This document shows, piece after piece, positions 62,316 through 64,000 of a stretch of 64,000 nt of DNA. The stretch comes from Vicugna vicugna (lineage: Eukaryota). Under the pieces are notes generated by a model. That model did not search any database. It saw nothing but the letters and a program-made list of their open reading frames with translations, and was not told the origin of the DNA. Within the stretch, counting starts at the first letter, position 1. The number at the start of each line of letters is the position of its first letter. The stretch is taken from contig MU057887.1 in NCBI GenBank assembly GCA_013265495.1, forward strand, positions 1,955,576-2,019,575, written 5' to 3'. The translations under genes and the position numbers were made by a program.

Positions 62316-62666
62316 GCAGAACCCAAGGAATGCTCCCCAGGTGGTGAGGAGCAGGGCCAGGAGGCAGCTGGAAGGTCCACGGGGGTGGTTTGGGCACAGT
62401 GTGGGTCTGGGATGCAAACGAATTCTGACCCCACGATCCTGTGGCTACAGAAAAGGCAGGAAGGGCCACGTCAGGAAGCCCACAGCACTTCAGAGCGTAG
62501 GCACCACTGCTGGGGCCCTTCCCAATGGCCTGTAACCTGGCATGGAGACTTCTGTGTAAGGACAGGAGCTGTGTCTCATGGGGACAGTCTGGATGGGACA
62601 GCTGGAGGAGATGGCGGGCCGTGGAGCAACAGGCCAGCCTGCTGGGGCAACTCATCCTGATTTATT

Positions 62667-63100
62667 GGGTCAGTCGGGGTTCTTCAGAGAAACGGAACCA
62701 ATGAGAGAATGAGAATGAGAGAGAGAGGGAGGGAGGGAGAGATTTATTTTAAGGAACTGGCTCACATTATTAAGGAAGGTGGTAAATCCAAAATATGCAG
62801 GGTGGGCGGGCAGGCTGGAGGCCCTGGGAGGAGCTGGTGTTGCAGCTCATGTTCAAAGCCCGTTTGCTGGCAGGGCTCCCTCTTAGTTGGAGGAGGTCAG
62901 TCTTTGGTCCATTCGGGTCTTCCCCTGATTGGGCGAGGCCCACCCACATCGTGGACAGGCATCTGCTTCACTCAAATTTAAACATTAATTTAAATTTAAA
63001 TATTAATCTTGTCCAAAAGACACCATTGCTACCACACCCAGAATAGTGTCTGACCAAACATCTGGCCCAGCCACACGGACACACACCACTGACCACCACA
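62667..63100 (-). mobile_element. MLT2 (B/C-like) LTR
   Basis: gggttcttcagagaaacggaaccaa, gagatttattttaaggaactggctcac, ctgattgggcgaggcccacccacat. Confidence 0.85.
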
Positions 63101-64000
63101 TTCAGGAAGCCAAGAGAGGCTGGCTGGGGGTGGGAGATGCTTTCCGTGAGCAGGTGAGGCTTGGAGCCAATGCGCTGAGCAGACTTCATCCACATCCAGC
63201 AGAGGGTGATGAGGGGGACATCTGATCTCTTACGGTCCCTTGTGTTGTTGGTCGGCCCTCCCTGCAGACCGAGGGCCCCTAGAGCCAGAGCCCACTCCTC
63301 CAGGGGACCCTGCAGGGGCTGGTCCAGGTCTGCACCCACACATGCTGCTACACGTTCTTGCAGATTTTCTTTGACTCGACTGTGTCCTGCTAGTGGCTAG
63401 AGGAGCCTGCTTTCGCTCCCCCTGCCCCTGTCACCTGGCTCGCTGTACACACACGTGTGGGGCACTGCTGGTGCAAGAGGCCAGCCAGGCCCCGAGGGAG
63501 GTGTCTGCTCGGAGCGGCACAGGCGCATGGGAGGGCGGGCCCAGGTCCCCTGCTAGTAGGCGTGCAGACCCGCTCCTGCCCCTGGACCTCCTGGCTCCTC
63601 TGCCAGACGTGATGCAGGAGCCACAGTCCTGCGGGGAGAGGAAGCCTGGGAGGGAGGAGCCACTTCTCTGCCCTTCATCGTTTGCACCCGTTCCCGCATC
63701 AGGGAGCGCAGTGGGAGGGAGCGTTGTATTCCTGAGTGCCGTTCACAGGAGGCTCCTGCGTGCTCAGAGCCACTCCGGCCTGTCCCCCACTTGTGAAGCG
63801 CTCCAGCCAGGCGTCCCAGGCTCTGCACAGTCGGTCACCCCCCATCCAGCCTGCATTTGGGCTGTCCCGCCGTCTCCTGCTCTAGGTCCCCCACTGTCAT
63901 GAATGAAATGCTTTGCTTCCCCCGCTGTCACCGGGGTTCTCCCCTTGGTCTGGGAAATTCTCTTCTTTCCTCTACCTGACGAAATCCTATTAACTTCTGT

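Overview
Mammalian non-coding genomic DNA, probably camelid (two tRNA-derived SINEs resembling the camelid Vic-1 family, plus many artiodactyl-type L1 3' ends). It is GC/CpG-rich over most of its length and CpG-poorer after ~57 kb. I recognise no protein-coding exon, RNA gene or CRISPR array; the ORF track is explained by GC-rich, repeat or minisatellite sequence. The window is a mosaic of old L1 (L1M-type), younger L1 tails, MaLR/ERVL LTRs (MLT1/MLT2), two ERV1-like solo LTRs, MIRs, MER5A and tandem repeats. Short AT-rich, motif-dense islands among them resemble developmental enhancers. Most notable: (1) an 11-bp minisatellite forming eight DR5 retinoic-acid-response-element pairs; (2) old repeats heavily rewritten AT->GC, suggesting GC-biased gene conversion; (3) an orphan promoter-like NF-Y/GC-box/TATA arrangement; (4) a near-consensus CTCF site; (5) a probable twin-primed inverted L1; (6) a CpG-poor exon-like island; (7) the intact 5' end of a young L1 at the left edge. 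Repeat subfamily names come from recalled consensus sequences, not a database search; most repeat boundaries are approximate.
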